From the NCBI GenBank assembly GCA_000004985.1, contig GG738933.1: a DNA stretch of 64,000 nucleotides, one strand, 5' to 3'. Shown piece after piece: positions 21,487-31,957 of the stretch. The DNA comes from Naegleria gruberi (taxonomy: Eukaryota). The position numbers and the translations under genes were made by a program. Below the pieces are notes generated by a model. That model was given only the letters and a program-made list of their open reading frames with translations. It did no database searches and was not told the origin of the DNA. How positions within the stretch are numbered: position 1 is the stretch's first letter; each line of letters opens with the position of its first letter.

Positions 21487-23123
21487 TTAGAAAGAGTACA
21501 AGATGATGAGCTTTTTGATTCTTCATCATCTTGCATAATAGAATTATTAGTACTATTATTTATATAATGGGAGATTTTGTCAATAAGTTCCATTGTATCA
21601 GCTAATGCTTTCTTAAAATCACGCAGTTCAGTTTCAATATTAGATAGTCTAGTTTCAAATAGATTGGTTGTTGTATTAATAGTAGGAGTAACTACAGAAT
21701 TAGTGGTTGAACTGGTATTATCGTTAGATTGTATAGGATTGATCATAGGATTAGTTACTTCCGGTAATTTAGAGTTAGTTAGAAATGGATATTGTTTTTG
21801 TTTTCTTTCAATTATTTCATCTAATTGTTTAATAGATGGTACGAAACAGTAACTGGTTCCATCAGTAATGTTTTGTTTGGTATTGAGAACAATTTTCTTG
21901 TCAATAAATAGATTCATTTCGTCAATATTTGAATGGACGACTTTACATAATTTAAAGGTAGTGGTATTGGATTTGTTTTTGGATTCAGTTATCATGCATT
22001 GGTTAGTATTGAAATCTTTTTTAATGCGTTCGTATACACGAGTAACACCATCGATGATTTCCTTGTTTGTAAAGGTAGGTGGAAATAAACATTCTGAAAC
22101 ATTAGTAGGAGTTTCATTACGCAATTGTTCAACAGATTTGTAATTAGTTAAATTAAGCTTCTTTCTAATAACTTCGCACACATCTTCGTTTTCGTATGAA
22201 ACTCTAATTATATATTTACCATGTGATTGGTTTGTATACATTTGGGAGATAAGTATAGTATTATCGTTATTAACTGAGTGTTTGATTAGTGATTTAATCA
22301 TATCAATGTGTTGTGAATATATGTGTGTAGAGTGAGTTAGAGCGTACAAGCTATGCTCGAATACAGCAGGTGATGGGAAGAATTTCAATATTAAATCATT
22401 GTGTACACTATCAAGCATATCTTTGCAAAGAATATAATTGTCATTACTATTGCAATGAAGATTAATGACATTACTAGTTTGGGGTCTTATTTTAATGGTG
22501 GCAAATTCCCCAAAGATGTCCATAATTTGTTCCATGAATTTGTTATTAATTCTTTCATAGCAGATAATATTAAGTGAATGTGTCAAATCGAATTTCTTAT
22601 TTTGCTTGACTGGTTTTTTACCATAGAATGAAATTGAGCGTTTCATTTTGATTTGTTTTGCTATAGTTTGTTTGATACTTGGTTGAGCTTTTATAGGGTG
22701 ATACTTCACCATATCCAAATATGGAGTAAGTTGTAGTTTGGTATTTTGCTCAATAGGGTTCTTACTACATTCATATTTTGGTTTAATATTACTAGTAATG
22801 GAATGAATTTGTTGATTTCTATTTTGGGGAGTTGACTTAATATTTTGGATTTCTGAAGTAGGTTTTTTAAATGAATCAGTAGAAATGTTAGTGGTAGAAG
22901 TATCTTCTTGATTAATATTATCAACTTTAACCTTTACATCTTTGTCTTGTACAAACTCGGATTTAAACATTATTTTGTCGTAAATCTTTTGCATAGTTTC
23001 CATGTATTTTTGAAGACGAATATTTTCAATCCGATATGAATCGACTGCTTGTTCTAACACAAGAATCCTGTTAGTCAGCTGCAGACAATTTATTGGATCA
23101 GGAGGGCGGTCATGTAAAGGCAT
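21483..23123 (-). CDS. retrotransposon ORF1 protein, 546 aa, N-terminal coiled-coil-like region
   Basis: ATG at 23123. Its TGA stop overlaps the ORF2 ATG (ATGA). No CCHC knuckle recognised. Confidence 0.75.
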   Translation of the reverse strand: MPLHDRPPDPINCLQLTNRILVLEQAVDSYRIENIRLQKYMETMQKIYDKIMFKSEFVQDKDVKVKVDNINQEDTSTTNISTDSFKKPTSEIQNIKSTPQNRNQQIHSITSNIKPKYECSKNPIEQNTKLQLTPYLDMVKYHPIKAQPSIKQTIAKQIKMKRSISFYGKKPVKQNKKFDLTHSLNIICYERINNKFMEQIMDIFGEFATIKIRPQTSNVINLHCNSNDNYILCKDMLDSVHNDLILKFFPSPAVFEHSLYALTHSTHIYSQHIDMIKSLIKHSVNNDNTILISQMYTNQSHGKYIIRVSYENEDVCEVIRKKLNLTNYKSVEQLRNETPTNVSECLFPPTFTNKEIIDGVTRVYERIKKDFNTNQCMITESKNKSNTTTFKLCKVVHSNIDEMNLFIDKKIVLNTKQNITDGTSYCFVPSIKQLDEIIERKQKQYPFLTNSKLPEVTNPMINPIQSNDNTSSTTNSVVTPTINTTTNLFETRLSNIETELRDFKKALADTMELIDKISHYINNSTNNSIMQDDEESKSSSSCTLSK

Positions 23124-23136
23124 TTTTTTAAAAGTC

Positions 23137-23153
23137 GCGAATGAAAGAAAAAT
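23137..23153. repeat. 17-bp direct repeat gcgaatgaaagaaaaat (5'-side copy flanking the retroelement)
   Basis: identical to 17708..17724; lies 13 nt upstream of the ORF1 ATG on the element strand. Confidence 0.55.
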
Positions 23154-23999
23154 GATTGGAGGATAAAGTTTACAATATTTGAGGTAATTTCAATGTTGTT
23201 GAAAGGGATCAAAAATAAGTATTTGGAGGTGATTTTGCTCCTATTGAAAAAGAGTGTTTACTTCCTGTTAAAAAAGAGTTTATTCCAATTAGTGTTACTT
23301 ATTAAAAAAATGTTTAATGAAACAATTGTTTCCTGTCACCTTAATCGCTCATCTTGCTCTTGCTGTCAAGATCATTAAAATTATAATTTAGTGGTTGTGA
23401 AACAGCTACCATCCTCCTATTTATACTAGAATCTGCCTTGTGTATGTTCATGCTCTTTTAAGAACTTTTTTAAACAACGTGAATGATCTAAACTTGAACA
23501 GAACTTTTTAAGATTTGTTTCAAATCAAATTACTCTTAATATTTAAAGCCCAAAAGCAATGGTTGTATATTGAAAGTTCAAAAATGTCTTTTAATATTAC
23601 CGTTACAATCAACAATTTAATGAAAATTGTAAACCAAGTCCGTCAAGTTCCCAATCAATTTTACCAAAAAAGATGCCGAAGAGATCAAACCGACAAATTC
23701 ATAAAAAAATCAAAAAAATTATCTCCACTCAATCAACCCACCCACCAACCTATCTTTTTTAATATTAACCTAACTTGCTCTCATAAATACAGAATTTGAG
23801 AAAATATATTATTCGGTTAGGAAAGAAGATTATATATTGTACTATTATAAATATTATTGAAGCTCTATTATACTAACTTGCATATATTGGGATTTATTGT
23901 TCGATCTAAATAGACACATATAATTCCTATCAAATATAATACAAAGGTTTAAATATATTGTAACATACCATTTAAGAAATATTGAATACTATTTAGAAA

Positions 24000-24617
24000 A
24001 TGCTTCGTTTTGCAAATCCAATAATAACAATTTCAACTCCTTCGAATTCACGAACGAATCCAGTCATTCAGTTAGCTCCTGGATCGACTCTTTCGAATAA
24101 TCAGCCGCAAATTTCTAATGAACAAATTGCCATGATCAATGCATTGGGTAATTATACAGGTGAATCTGAGGAGAAATGTCTTCGTTATTTGATCTTTTTT
24201 GGTTGGAACTTTGAGTTGGCATATAAGGCAACTGTTTTATTGAGCCAAGAGCTGTGTGAAAGAACCAAATTGTCTAATTTGTTTCTTGCGAGAAGAATTT
24301 TAGAAGAAGCACAATTTGATGTGACGTTGTGTCATCAGCGAATGGAATTAGTCTTGTATTTGATGAATAGAACTAATTTGGTTCATGTATTTGCCTATGA
24401 TTGCTTGCAACAATATCAATGGAATATCAACAGTGCTTTACAACGAGTTTTTGAGTTGGCTTCCATGAATAGATTACCTTCTCATGCATTTTCAACAATT
24501 CCTAATTTGCAAGTGCAACAACAATCGAATAACAATCAACCAGATTCTGCCAGATCACTGCTTGCTCTTCAAACTGCTTACCATAACCAATCGAGACACA
24601 ATTTATTTAAATTGTAA
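24000..24617 (+). CDS. protein with two UBA-like (TAP-C/NXF-C-like) modules, 205 aa
   Basis: ESEEKCLRYLIFFGWNFELAYKA and AYDCLQQYQWNINSALQRV resemble the ..KCLQDNNWDYTRSAQAF.. pattern of the UBA-like TAP-C fold. Confidence 0.5.
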   Translation: MLRFANPIITISTPSNSRTNPVIQLAPGSTLSNNQPQISNEQIAMINALGNYTGESEEKCLRYLIFFGWNFELAYKATVLLSQELCERTKLSNLFLARRILEEAQFDVTLCHQRMELVLYLMNRTNLVHVFAYDCLQQYQWNINSALQRVFELASMNRLPSHAFSTIPNLQVQQQSNNNQPDSARSLLALQTAYHNQSRHNLFKL

Positions 24618-24618
24618 T

Positions 24619-24672
24619 TGTAAATTATCAATCAATTGTAAATTATCAAAATATAAAAATGTAAATTACCAA
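24619..24672 (+). promoter_or_regulatory. three copies of TGTAAATTA(T/C)CAA in the 3' UTR of the preceding gene; PUF-binding-element-like (UGUA-NNN-UA)
   Basis: copies at 24619-24631, 24637-24649 and 24660-24672, immediately downstream of the TAA stop at 24615-24617. Confidence 0.25.
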
Positions 24673-24870
24673 ATAAAAAATAATTAACCGTGCAGGAAAG
24701 GTTGTAATCAAGAATAGGTTGGTTTCGTTTTGTTTAGGCAATCGAATCTGAATGATGGACCAATAATACATGTTTCCTTCCAACAACTCTCCATTATGGG
24801 TCTACTCTGAATCAAATTGGAAGATATATTCGCCTTAATTCAAAAATTAGGAAAAAAAAACACAATCATC

Positions 24871-25584
24871 ATGGCTGAATGCTTGGAATCCTTGTTATTA
24901 GCAGTGCAATGCTGTGCTGAAGTGGCAACTATTGTGCGGGAAATTGATGAAACAGATGGAGAAAATAGAAAGGAAATTGTTAAACTAAAGGCAAAGAAAA
25001 TTGGCATACTGTTGGTGGTAATTAGTTCGTGTTTAGTTTGCTTTCTGTTAGGTGTTGGATCGTTGTATTTGGTCGCGACGAGGTTGAGTGAGCAAATAGA
25101 TGTGCAATATGTTCATAATTGTTGTTTTGCTGTTGGAACGAGTTATTGTTATATGAATTCACATGATTCCAATTATGAATATTGTGAATATAAAGTTTCG
25201 TATGCAAAATTGAGTCCAACAATTGTTTCAAATCCAAACCAGTTCAATTCATCATTCATTTCTGAGCAATGTCAGCAAATCATGCCCAGTAACACTCATG
25301 CCATCACCACTTTCAATTATTTAAAGAAATTCACACCAAACAATTCAACCATTTGCTATTCGAATGCTGAAGAAACAATATTTACCTTCAATGAGCCAAT
25401 CCACACTACCACAATAAGCACTACTCAACAAGTGCTATTTTACTTCATCGTGATTTCAGTGTTAGCATTCTGTTTCTTTATGGTAATGGTATTAGTGTTG
25501 GGATTTTATTTCGTAGAAAGAAAGGGCGAAAAGAAAGATAAATCTCAATACGAAGAAATAAAGGAGGGAGAAGATAATCTGTAA
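24871..25584 (+). CDS. hypothetical membrane protein with two TM segments (about 237 aa from ATG 24871; the tool start at 24817 is TTG)
   Basis: hydrophobic segments IGILLVVISSCLVCFLLGVGSLYLV and VLFYFIVISVLAFCFFMVMVLVLGFYF. Confidence 0.45.
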   Translation: MAECLESLLLAVQCCAEVATIVREIDETDGENRKEIVKLKAKKIGILLVVISSCLVCFLLGVGSLYLVATRLSEQIDVQYVHNCCFAVGTSYCYMNSHDSNYEYCEYKVSYAKLSPTIVSNPNQFNSSFISEQCQQIMPSNTHAITTFNYLKKFTPNNSTICYSNAEETIFTFNEPIHTTTISTTQQVLFYFIVISVLAFCFFMVMVLVLGFYFVERKGEKKDKSQYEEIKEGEDNL

Positions 25585-25703
25585 TTGAGGCCTCAATGAT
25601 CGCTCAATAAACAAATGTACATAGTCAACTTGTAGAAATTTTCAATTTCATCCAACTAATATTGAATATCTAGTTATCATATTATTTAATAACTAGATTG
25701 TAT

Positions 25704-26929
25704 TTACAAGAACATTGGGTTATAGGCATCTTTGGTTTCTTTTTGCTTTTCTAAAACTTCATTAAGCTTAATTCTGATAGCTTCTCCAGTCTTTTCAAGT
25801 TTATCAGTCTTGATAAATAATTCCTCTCCCAACAATTTATCGATTGCATGAACAATAGAAATGATTGGTTTGGTTGACAAAATTTCTTGAGTTAATGAAA
25901 TTGGTGCAAATAATCCAACAACCACCAAATCAGTGAATGGAGCCTTTCCTAAAACAACAGAACTAATTCCACTTAGCACAATATTATCCTTAATTGGGAA
26001 ATGGCCATATTTCACCAAAGTATCAGCCATTTCTTGATCATTTGTAATAAAGTAAATGCTATCACTTTGGTCACTAGTATCTTCATTACTAGCAGCTGTT
26101 AACAATTTCAATAATTCCTCACGGGATGGTGGATGAATTGGAGTTTGAATATCTTCATGTGTGTTAATAATAATTGGTGTGAAATTAAATTGCCATACCT
26201 TCAACATCTTCTCCTGCAATTAATCTCTTCTTCTTTTCATCCATTGGAATAGCTTCCAAACTAACAATACATTTACATCCATGTCTCTTTCCAAATTCAA
26301 ACAAGGCATTCACCATTTGATGAGAAACGAATGGATCCTTTCTAATAATAATTTACAAAAATTATTCTCCACATTACAAGAAATACTTACAATTCATATT
26401 CACTTGTGAATACAACAATCTTGTTATTACCATATATTCTGACTCCACTTTGTGGTGTGTAATCTATTCATTGACGATAATATTAAACCATTCAATTTGT
26501 CATTAATCCAAATTGTAAACTACATACTATTAATCAAACAAACAGGTGGAAATACCTCACTGATCACATCTCCAATCAATCTATCATTCCATAAAATCAT
26601 CAAATCATCATCCATATATTAATCATCATCAATTAAAAACCTACGGAAGATCCAATTGTTCAACCACATATCCAGCAGCAGTCGAAATTGTAGTTGCCCC
26701 ACTCGGAAAGCCTTCAATTAATACAGCACCCTATTTACAAGATTCTCAATCGTCATCATCATCATCAATTCATCAATTCGATCAAAAAATTACAAACCTT
26801 GAGATCAAACTCTCCAAATTCTCTCACGATCAAATTCTTCTCCGCACTCCCATAGGTAAAAGTTTGAGAGATTTGATAGCGTTGGGAGGAAATCTTCTTT
26901 CCGAGGCCAGCCTTTTGATTTTCTGCCAT
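25704..26929 (-). CDS. PAC2-family (proteasome assembly chaperone 2-like) protein. Multi-exon: ATG at 26929, at least 4 short introns, large 3' exon at about 26340..25704
   Basis: hand-spliced N-terminus MAENQKAGLGKK...GAVLIEGFPSGATTISTAAGYVVEQLDLPLIGDVI fits the PAC2 pattern LvEGfPG.G.vG.iA..YLie.L. Introns seen: GTTTGT..AAATAG near 26780-26713, GTAGGT..GATAG near 26640-26577, and GTAAGT..ATTAG at 26388-26340. Confidence 0.45.
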
Positions 26930-27125
26930 TTTTTTTGGTTAGTATTTTAGCGAGAAATCCTTTTTTGGTCCTGATTTCAGTTTGGAAAATTCAAAACGAC
27001 CGAGAATGGAAAATTGGTTTTTTGTAAACAAATATTTTATTTATTTAGACATTACTTGAATAAAAATTAAAAGATGATTTGAAAAATTAATATTTTATGG
27101 ATATAGTTTATGAGTTTCGAATATT

Positions 27126-28302
27126 TTACAAATTGAAAGATAATCTTTCCCATTCACCAACAGCACTTCTATTGACAACAATATCTCCACTTGGTTCCAC
27201 ACAAACATAGGTATTATGTTCAGATTTCAATGCAATAGCTCCATTTCCATGCAATTCAACACTAAATTGTTCCCAAGGTCCAACAGCATCACGATTAGCA
27301 ACCAACAAACCACTTGGTTCAGCACACATCAATTTACCATGAGCAGATCTGAATGCATTCTTTCCAGCTCCATGATGTTCAACAGTGAATTGTTCCCAAG
27401 GACCAACTGCATCACGATTGGCAACCATTGAATGATTTGATTCAGCACACAACAATTTACCATGATGATGTCTCAATGAAATGCTCTGATTTGGAGCCAA
27501 TGAAAATTGGAACTGTTCCCAAGGTCCCAAAGCATCTCTATTAGCAATAACTAATCCAGATGGCTCAGCACACAAGAATTTACCATGAGCTGATTTGAAT
27601 GCCACTTGATTTCCAGATTGAACCAATGAGAAAGTTTCCCACGGACCCAAAGCATCTCTATTGGCAATAATTTCACCACTTGGTTCAGCACACATGAATT
27701 TTCCATGAGCTGATTTGAATGCATAATCATTTCCAGAAATGTGAATCAAAGTCATTGCTTCCCAAGCTCCACTGGCATCACGATTGGCGACAACTTGACC
27801 ACTTGGTTCGATACAGAAGTATTTGGAATGACAAGATCTGAGATTGGCCAATAGGGAACGATGTTTGGCTGAGTGGATAGTGTAGGATCCATGTGGACCA
27901 GAATAATTGGTTCCTGGATAGGACATGCCACCTCCAGTGACGAAAAGATAGACATTGATAAAGTCGGAGAGGGAAATGGACTTGCTCTTGGCATGATCAA
28001 CGAGTTTAAATAAGAATCTAATGAAATTTTGATTATTCGAAAGTAAACTATTTCTGTACTTACTTGATTTCTTCCTTGGCGAGACCAATATCTTGAGCAG
28101 CTTTCTTCCATTCCTTCTTATTCATGGAATTGGAGTGATCCTTGTCGTATTGTTGGAAAGTAGATTGTGCTTGAGAGATGAGTTGTTGATCTTGACCATG
28201 TTGAGGCTAAAGTAGAGTAAACTAGACGAAAGTATGAGAATGCGTACTTACAATTTGGAAACCAGAAGGTGCCCATGATGGTTGTTGTCCTTGATACCAC
28301 AT
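27126..28302 (-). CDS. EF-hand protein with six tandem hisactophilin/fascin-like beta-trefoil repeats. 3 exons: 28302..about 28252, middle exon about 28205..28062, last exon about 28015..27126, separated by introns of about 45 nt
   Basis: N-terminus MWYQGQQPSWAPSGFQI. EF-hand loop YDKDHSNSMNKKEWKKAA. Six repeats of the form AFKSAHGKFMCAEPSGEIIANRDALGPWETF, similar to hisactophilin AFKSHHGHFLSAE.. and fascin trefoils. Donors GTAAGTACGC and GTAAGTACAG read on the minus strand. Confidence 0.7.
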
Positions 28303-28540
28303 TTTGTAGAGTTTCGAATGGATCTGTTGTGAATTTTTTTTTGAGTTTTGTGTGATTGGTTTTTGATGAGATTTATTTTAGGTAAGAGATGTTACTTTCA
28401 ATGTTTAGGATAAGTTCATTCAGTGTTGCATCTTTGTGAAAGAAAGGGCAATCTCTCGAATCTCCACTATTCGAAATGTTTACAATAATTAAGTTCCTAT
28501 TCGAAAGGAATAGTTTCTCTCAGTTTTATTCAATTATTAA

Positions 28541-31210
28541 TTAGAATTTGAATGGAACAACAGTTTTGTTACTATAAGTCTTGATAGGTAATTGAGGATA
28601 AAGTGTTAAATCTGTTGTTGAATCTCCTTCTTGTTCAATGACAAGTCGTTTAACTTTTAAAATTTTCAAATTAGTTTCCAAATCCGAAAGTGGAAATTCG
28701 TCTGATAATAGATCAAATAGTCTCTCCTTGGATATTCCTTTTTGAGTTGTTTCCTTCTTCTTAATTTTGTAAATAGTTTGAATTATTCTAGTTTCGATTA
28801 AATTTTCCACAAAATTCGAATTCCTATATTCGTAATCCAGATAGGCATCTTGATACTTTTCATAACAATTCAATCGTTTCAAACATGATAGACAGAGCGT
28901 ATTAGTACTTGGATTAAAATTATCTTTTGTAATTTCCTTATTTTCCAAATATTGAATAATAAAATGTCCATTACAATCATTAATTATTCTTTGTTTCCTT
29001 AATAGTAAAGAATTGAATGGAGAATAAAAGTAAGTAGAACAGTATTGGCAGCGTACAATGCTAAATTTGCAAACTAAATGTCCATATGAATATTTAGATT
29101 TCACAAGATTTTGATTTTCTGGTAGAATTTGAAATAAATCTGAAGGTCTTTTCATAAATTCATATTCGTCAAGTTTCAATCGTTTGAGAATATCTGCTTC
29201 TGCTTCTGCTTCTTGTTCTGGTTCAAAGTTAAGAGATTGGTTACATTTTCTGCGTGATTGTTCCTTGACAGTAAATAGAATGCCATTTGTCAAACATTTT
29301 TCCACAAATTGAAAGGAAACACTCTTCAATACGACAGGATAAAGCAAATTGGATTCATCTATATCTTTCGAATTGTAGGCGTCTGGAATATATCCTTCAT
29401 TACCCTTCACAAATAATTCAACCAATGGATTATTTCCCATTATGATACCTTCAGTTTGAATTCGGTTTGCATATTTATCAATGAGTGACTTTCGAATTCT
29501 TTCCACAATAAAATCACAATGCATTGCGTGAAAGAGAGGATGAAAGGAATCAGCAACAATGGTTAAGAAACCTCTTTTTCCATATTTCAAAGCTCTTTCG
29601 TGGTGGACTTCACTGGTTCCTCCTGATTCTCTATTGATGAAATTAATCTTATACTTGAGAGATCGCAAACATTCCAAAACTGTCAATATTCTCTCGCCAT
29701 CATACACAAGTTTACAACAATCCAAATCAAAAAATAAAAGTAACTCCTCAATGGTCTCATAGTTCAGTAATACTATTTGAATATTTGCATTTCCTTCTTG
29801 GCAAATATTAATAGAAGCTTTGGAGCTCATCATATTGTACTTTAAATGTGAGGTTTTCTCTTCCAATTTCAATAAAACTTGTTTGATTGCTTGACTGATA
29901 ACCTCTGCCGATTCTCCATTATTAATGACAAATAAATCAAAATCACTGAAACCACAACCTGTCAATGTGTGAAGTAGAGATCCTCCTGAAATGACAAAAC
30001 GTTCTCTTGTCTTGGTAGTTTTGTTATGTTCAAATGCACATTCATAGAATAAAATTCTAGCCAATTCGTAATCTTTCAAAATTTCATTCTTGAATCGATG
30101 TTGAAAATCTGAAAATGTCATTTCATATGGATTCTTGAAAAATCTCACAATTCTTTCACATTTTGTGGCATTTGGACTTGTTTCTTTATCCATATAATAA
30201 TGATAATCACGAGCACGGTTGTTAAATTCGTATGAATATTCCAACATATTTGGAAGGATTACACAATCTACTTTTGGCAACCCAGAAACCACATTATACC
30301 ATGGTTTTTTATCAAAGTTCATAAATGAGCATCTTCTCTTGACCAATTCATCGAAAGTGAGATAATAAGTGTCTGGTTGAGTAAATATTCCATAGGGAAA
30401 TACTGGAATGGCTTCTTCCTGTATTTTAATAATCTCTTCAAATTCCTTATTCGAAAAAATTTTCGCCTCCTCAATGGCCTGTGAATTGATCGCATCAATC
30501 ATTGGATCTCCCACCTTAAATGTTCTAAATTTCAAATGGTCATGAAAATACCTCACTGGCCACTTGACAGTACTCTTCATCCTAAAATATTGATCATAGG
30601 TCATCATGACATTCTCATTCGAATCCTGATGATAAACTAAACTCTCATTCCAACACGGTTCTCGTACCGTATTGGAGAATAAATCCACCAATCGATTCAC
30701 ATTCCTAATATCCCTTCTCTTATTGAGAATATCAATTCTTAATCTTTCAATACTTTCTCCATAAACTCGATCAAACAAATCATAAACTCCACGACAAGTC
30801 TGAATGAAATTAAACAATGCATACTTGTCCATATAAAACATCAAATCGAGTAGAATTTCAGATGGAAGTAATTTGATTAAATTTCGATTCGGATTTTGAA
30901 ATTCTCTCAAAACATTTTGTCCATTATTTTCAACAAGTGAATTTTCATGACGATTTCCTGACCATGAATAAATATCTCGTTGTTTTCTTCTCTTTTCGTA
31001 TCTATCACAAAAGTATGGATTTACAAGATTTTTAGAGGAAATTGATTCGGGTTGAATTTGATCGAATGTGAAAGTTGTGAATTCGTCGTTTTGGTTAGTG
31101 TCGAAACTTGGAACTAACAAGGCAACGGGTTGAGGTCCTCGAGGAGAATCGTAAAAGTTATTGGAAAGTGTGGCAGTTTCTAATAGAATATCATCCCATG
31201 ATCGTTTCAT
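28541..31210 (-). CDS. F-box protein with a Pol-beta-type nucleotidyltransferase-like core and a C-terminal Cys-rich (CxxC...CxxC) region, 889 aa
   Basis: F-box-like LPSEILLDLMFYMDKYALFNFIQTCRGVYDL. NTase signature FVISGGSLLHTLTGCGFSDFDLFVIN (GS-x11-DxD) followed by LLFFDLDCCKL. C-terminal VRCQYCSTY...LCLSCLKRLNC. Confidence 0.65.
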   Translation of the reverse strand: MKRSWDDILLETATLSNNFYDSPRGPQPVALLVPSFDTNQNDEFTTFTFDQIQPESISSKNLVNPYFCDRYEKRRKQRDIYSWSGNRHENSLVENNGQNVLREFQNPNRNLIKLLPSEILLDLMFYMDKYALFNFIQTCRGVYDLFDRVYGESIERLRIDILNKRRDIRNVNRLVDLFSNTVREPCWNESLVYHQDSNENVMMTYDQYFRMKSTVKWPVRYFHDHLKFRTFKVGDPMIDAINSQAIEEAKIFSNKEFEEIIKIQEEAIPVFPYGIFTQPDTYYLTFDELVKRRCSFMNFDKKPWYNVVSGLPKVDCVILPNMLEYSYEFNNRARDYHYYMDKETSPNATKCERIVRFFKNPYEMTFSDFQHRFKNEILKDYELARILFYECAFEHNKTTKTRERFVISGGSLLHTLTGCGFSDFDLFVINNGESAEVISQAIKQVLLKLEEKTSHLKYNMMSSKASINICQEGNANIQIVLLNYETIEELLLFFDLDCCKLVYDGERILTVLECLRSLKYKINFINRESGGTSEVHHERALKYGKRGFLTIVADSFHPLFHAMHCDFIVERIRKSLIDKYANRIQTEGIIMGNNPLVELFVKGNEGYIPDAYNSKDIDESNLLYPVVLKSVSFQFVEKCLTNGILFTVKEQSRRKCNQSLNFEPEQEAEAEADILKRLKLDEYEFMKRPSDLFQILPENQNLVKSKYSYGHLVCKFSIVRCQYCSTYFYSPFNSLLLRKQRIINDCNGHFIIQYLENKEITKDNFNPSTNTLCLSCLKRLNCYEKYQDAYLDYEYRNSNFVENLIETRIIQTIYKIKKKETTQKGISKERLFDLLSDEFPLSDLETNLKILKVKRLVIEQEGDSTTDLTLYPQLPIKTYSNKTVVPFKF

Positions 31211-31957
31211 TTTTTTGGTTGACCAAAGATTGCAAGGATGGTGAGGAAATTAATAACTATCTTTTGCACGAAATTGTAACCTTTCTAATAAACTTTCGAA
31301 TAACAAATCATGCTAAAACTTTCTTCAACATTCTAACCAATACTAAAGCACCACCTCTTCATTATTTCCTTCCGATAATTTCTACCATCACAGACATTAT
31401 TTTTCTGTCAAACTTCAATTTATTCGATATCTTTCGTTCACACAAAATGTTCCCGCATCAATTAAACAATAAAAACATCCTTTTCCACCAAATAAACAAA
31501 ACCGGGAACGAAATCTACTTCCAAAACCATTTATTGAGCTTTAGTTTTTAGTAGTATTAGAACTTGGACCAACACTAAAGGTCAGTTTATTCACATTTTT
31601 CGAAAACCAACTTTCACAACAAAACACATCTGCATCCATTATGATGATGCCGTAGTACCATCAAACTTGTCAACCGCCACTTGTCAAAAATGCTCAAACA
31701 AGCAAAGAAGGGGTAACAAACAATGTTTTCAAGGCTTTGACCAAATTTCATTCATTTAGCAAACCATTTCTTTAGAATGTAACCAGATTCGACAAAGTTT
31801 GGGAAAGGAGGTATTAAAGAGCACAACAAATGAATCTGAAAGGGCCATTTTTCGAAAGGTTATCCGAAACTTGAAACACAAAACAGCAAGAAATCAATAG
31901 ATGTCATAACACAATTTAACAACAATTATTCACTTTCAAAAAAAACAAAACAACAAT

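Larger units (their letters stand above)
17725..23136 (-). mobile_element. non-LTR (LINE-like) retrotransposon with two apparently intact, overlapping ORFs. Boundaries are inferred from the flanking 17-bp repeats, giving a 13-nt 5' leader and a 33-nt 3' tail with no long poly(A)
   Basis: ORF1 then ORF2, with an ATGA stop/start overlap at 21483-21486. ORF2 carries APE-like endonuclease, RT (FADD) and RNase H domains. Flanking perfect 17-bp direct repeats. Confidence 0.85.

Noticed and set aside
23193-23799. Small ORFs 23193..23378 and 23515..23799 upstream of the retroelement
   Set aside because: AT-rich, low-complexity, no start context or similarity. Likely non-coding flank; could be 5' promoter region of the element if the 17-bp repeats are not TSDs.
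31108-31551. 147-aa plus-strand ORF
   Set aside because: It overlaps the 5' end of the well-supported minus-strand 889-aa gene and then runs into AT-rich spacer; no domain and no Kozak-like start. Most likely spurious.
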